From the NCBI GenBank assembly GCA_951406725.2, contig OX597821.1:58528001-58592000 (forward strand): 64,000 nt of DNA. Direction: 5' to 3'. Below the pieces are notes generated by a model. That model was not told where the DNA came from. It saw only the letters and a list, made by a program, of their open reading frames with translations, and searched no databases. The translations under genes were made by a program, and so were the position numbers. Below are positions 63,635 through 64,000 of this stretch, piece after piece. Source of the DNA: Octopus vulgaris. Lineage: Eukaryota. Every line of letters begins with the position of its first letter. The stretch's first letter is position 1.

Positions 63635-64000
63635 GGTGTGTATATGTTTGTGTGTCTGTTTGTCCCCCCAACATTGCTTGACAAGCGATGCTGGTGTGTT
63701 TACATCCCCATAACTTAGCAGTTTGGCAAAAGAAACCGATAGGGTAAGTACTAGGCTTACAAAGAATAAGCCCCAGGGTCGATTTGCTTGACTAAAGGCG
63801 GTGCTCCAGCTAGGTCATAGTCAAGTGACTGAAATAAGTAAAAGAATAAAAGCAAGAATTATTATTATTAAGGTGCTGAGCTGCCAGAATTGTTAGCATG
63901 CTGGACAAAATGCTTAGCTGTATTTTGCCCGTCACTACATTCTGAGTTCAAATTCTACCAAGGTCAGCTTTGATATTCATCCTTTCGGGGTTGATATAAT

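Overview
AT-rich, repeat-dense eukaryotic genomic DNA. The SINE, RTE and microsatellite families look to me like those of a coleoid cephalopod, probably Octopus (recognition only, not a search). One complete protein-coding gene is well supported: a 7-exon STEEP1/CXorf56 orthologue on the minus strand (CDS 11653->2997, 213 aa) whose first intron uses a GC donor. Most of the rest is transposon-derived: several tRNA-derived SINE families, fragments of RTE, CR1-group, R4/Dong-like, Hero-like and Penelope-like retroelements, mariner, piggyBac-, Merlin-, pogo- and hAT-like MITEs, and non-autonomous Helitrons. There are two CpG-richer candidate promoter/first-exon zones (~27.1-27.6 kb, ~60.4-61.3 kb) and one orphan minus-strand exon (45.5 kb) that I cannot name. 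The most interesting signal is a short non-coding element combining a tRNA (Pol III) head with a minimal hammerhead ribozyme, inserted twice with Penelope-type inverted geometry (31.3 kb; a head-less copy at 49.7 kb). Other notable signals are a canonical stand-alone hammerhead (23.4 kb), a SINE/LINE pair sharing a 3' stem-loop, and SINEs with swapped head and tail modules. Nearly all ORFs in the supplied track are spurious.
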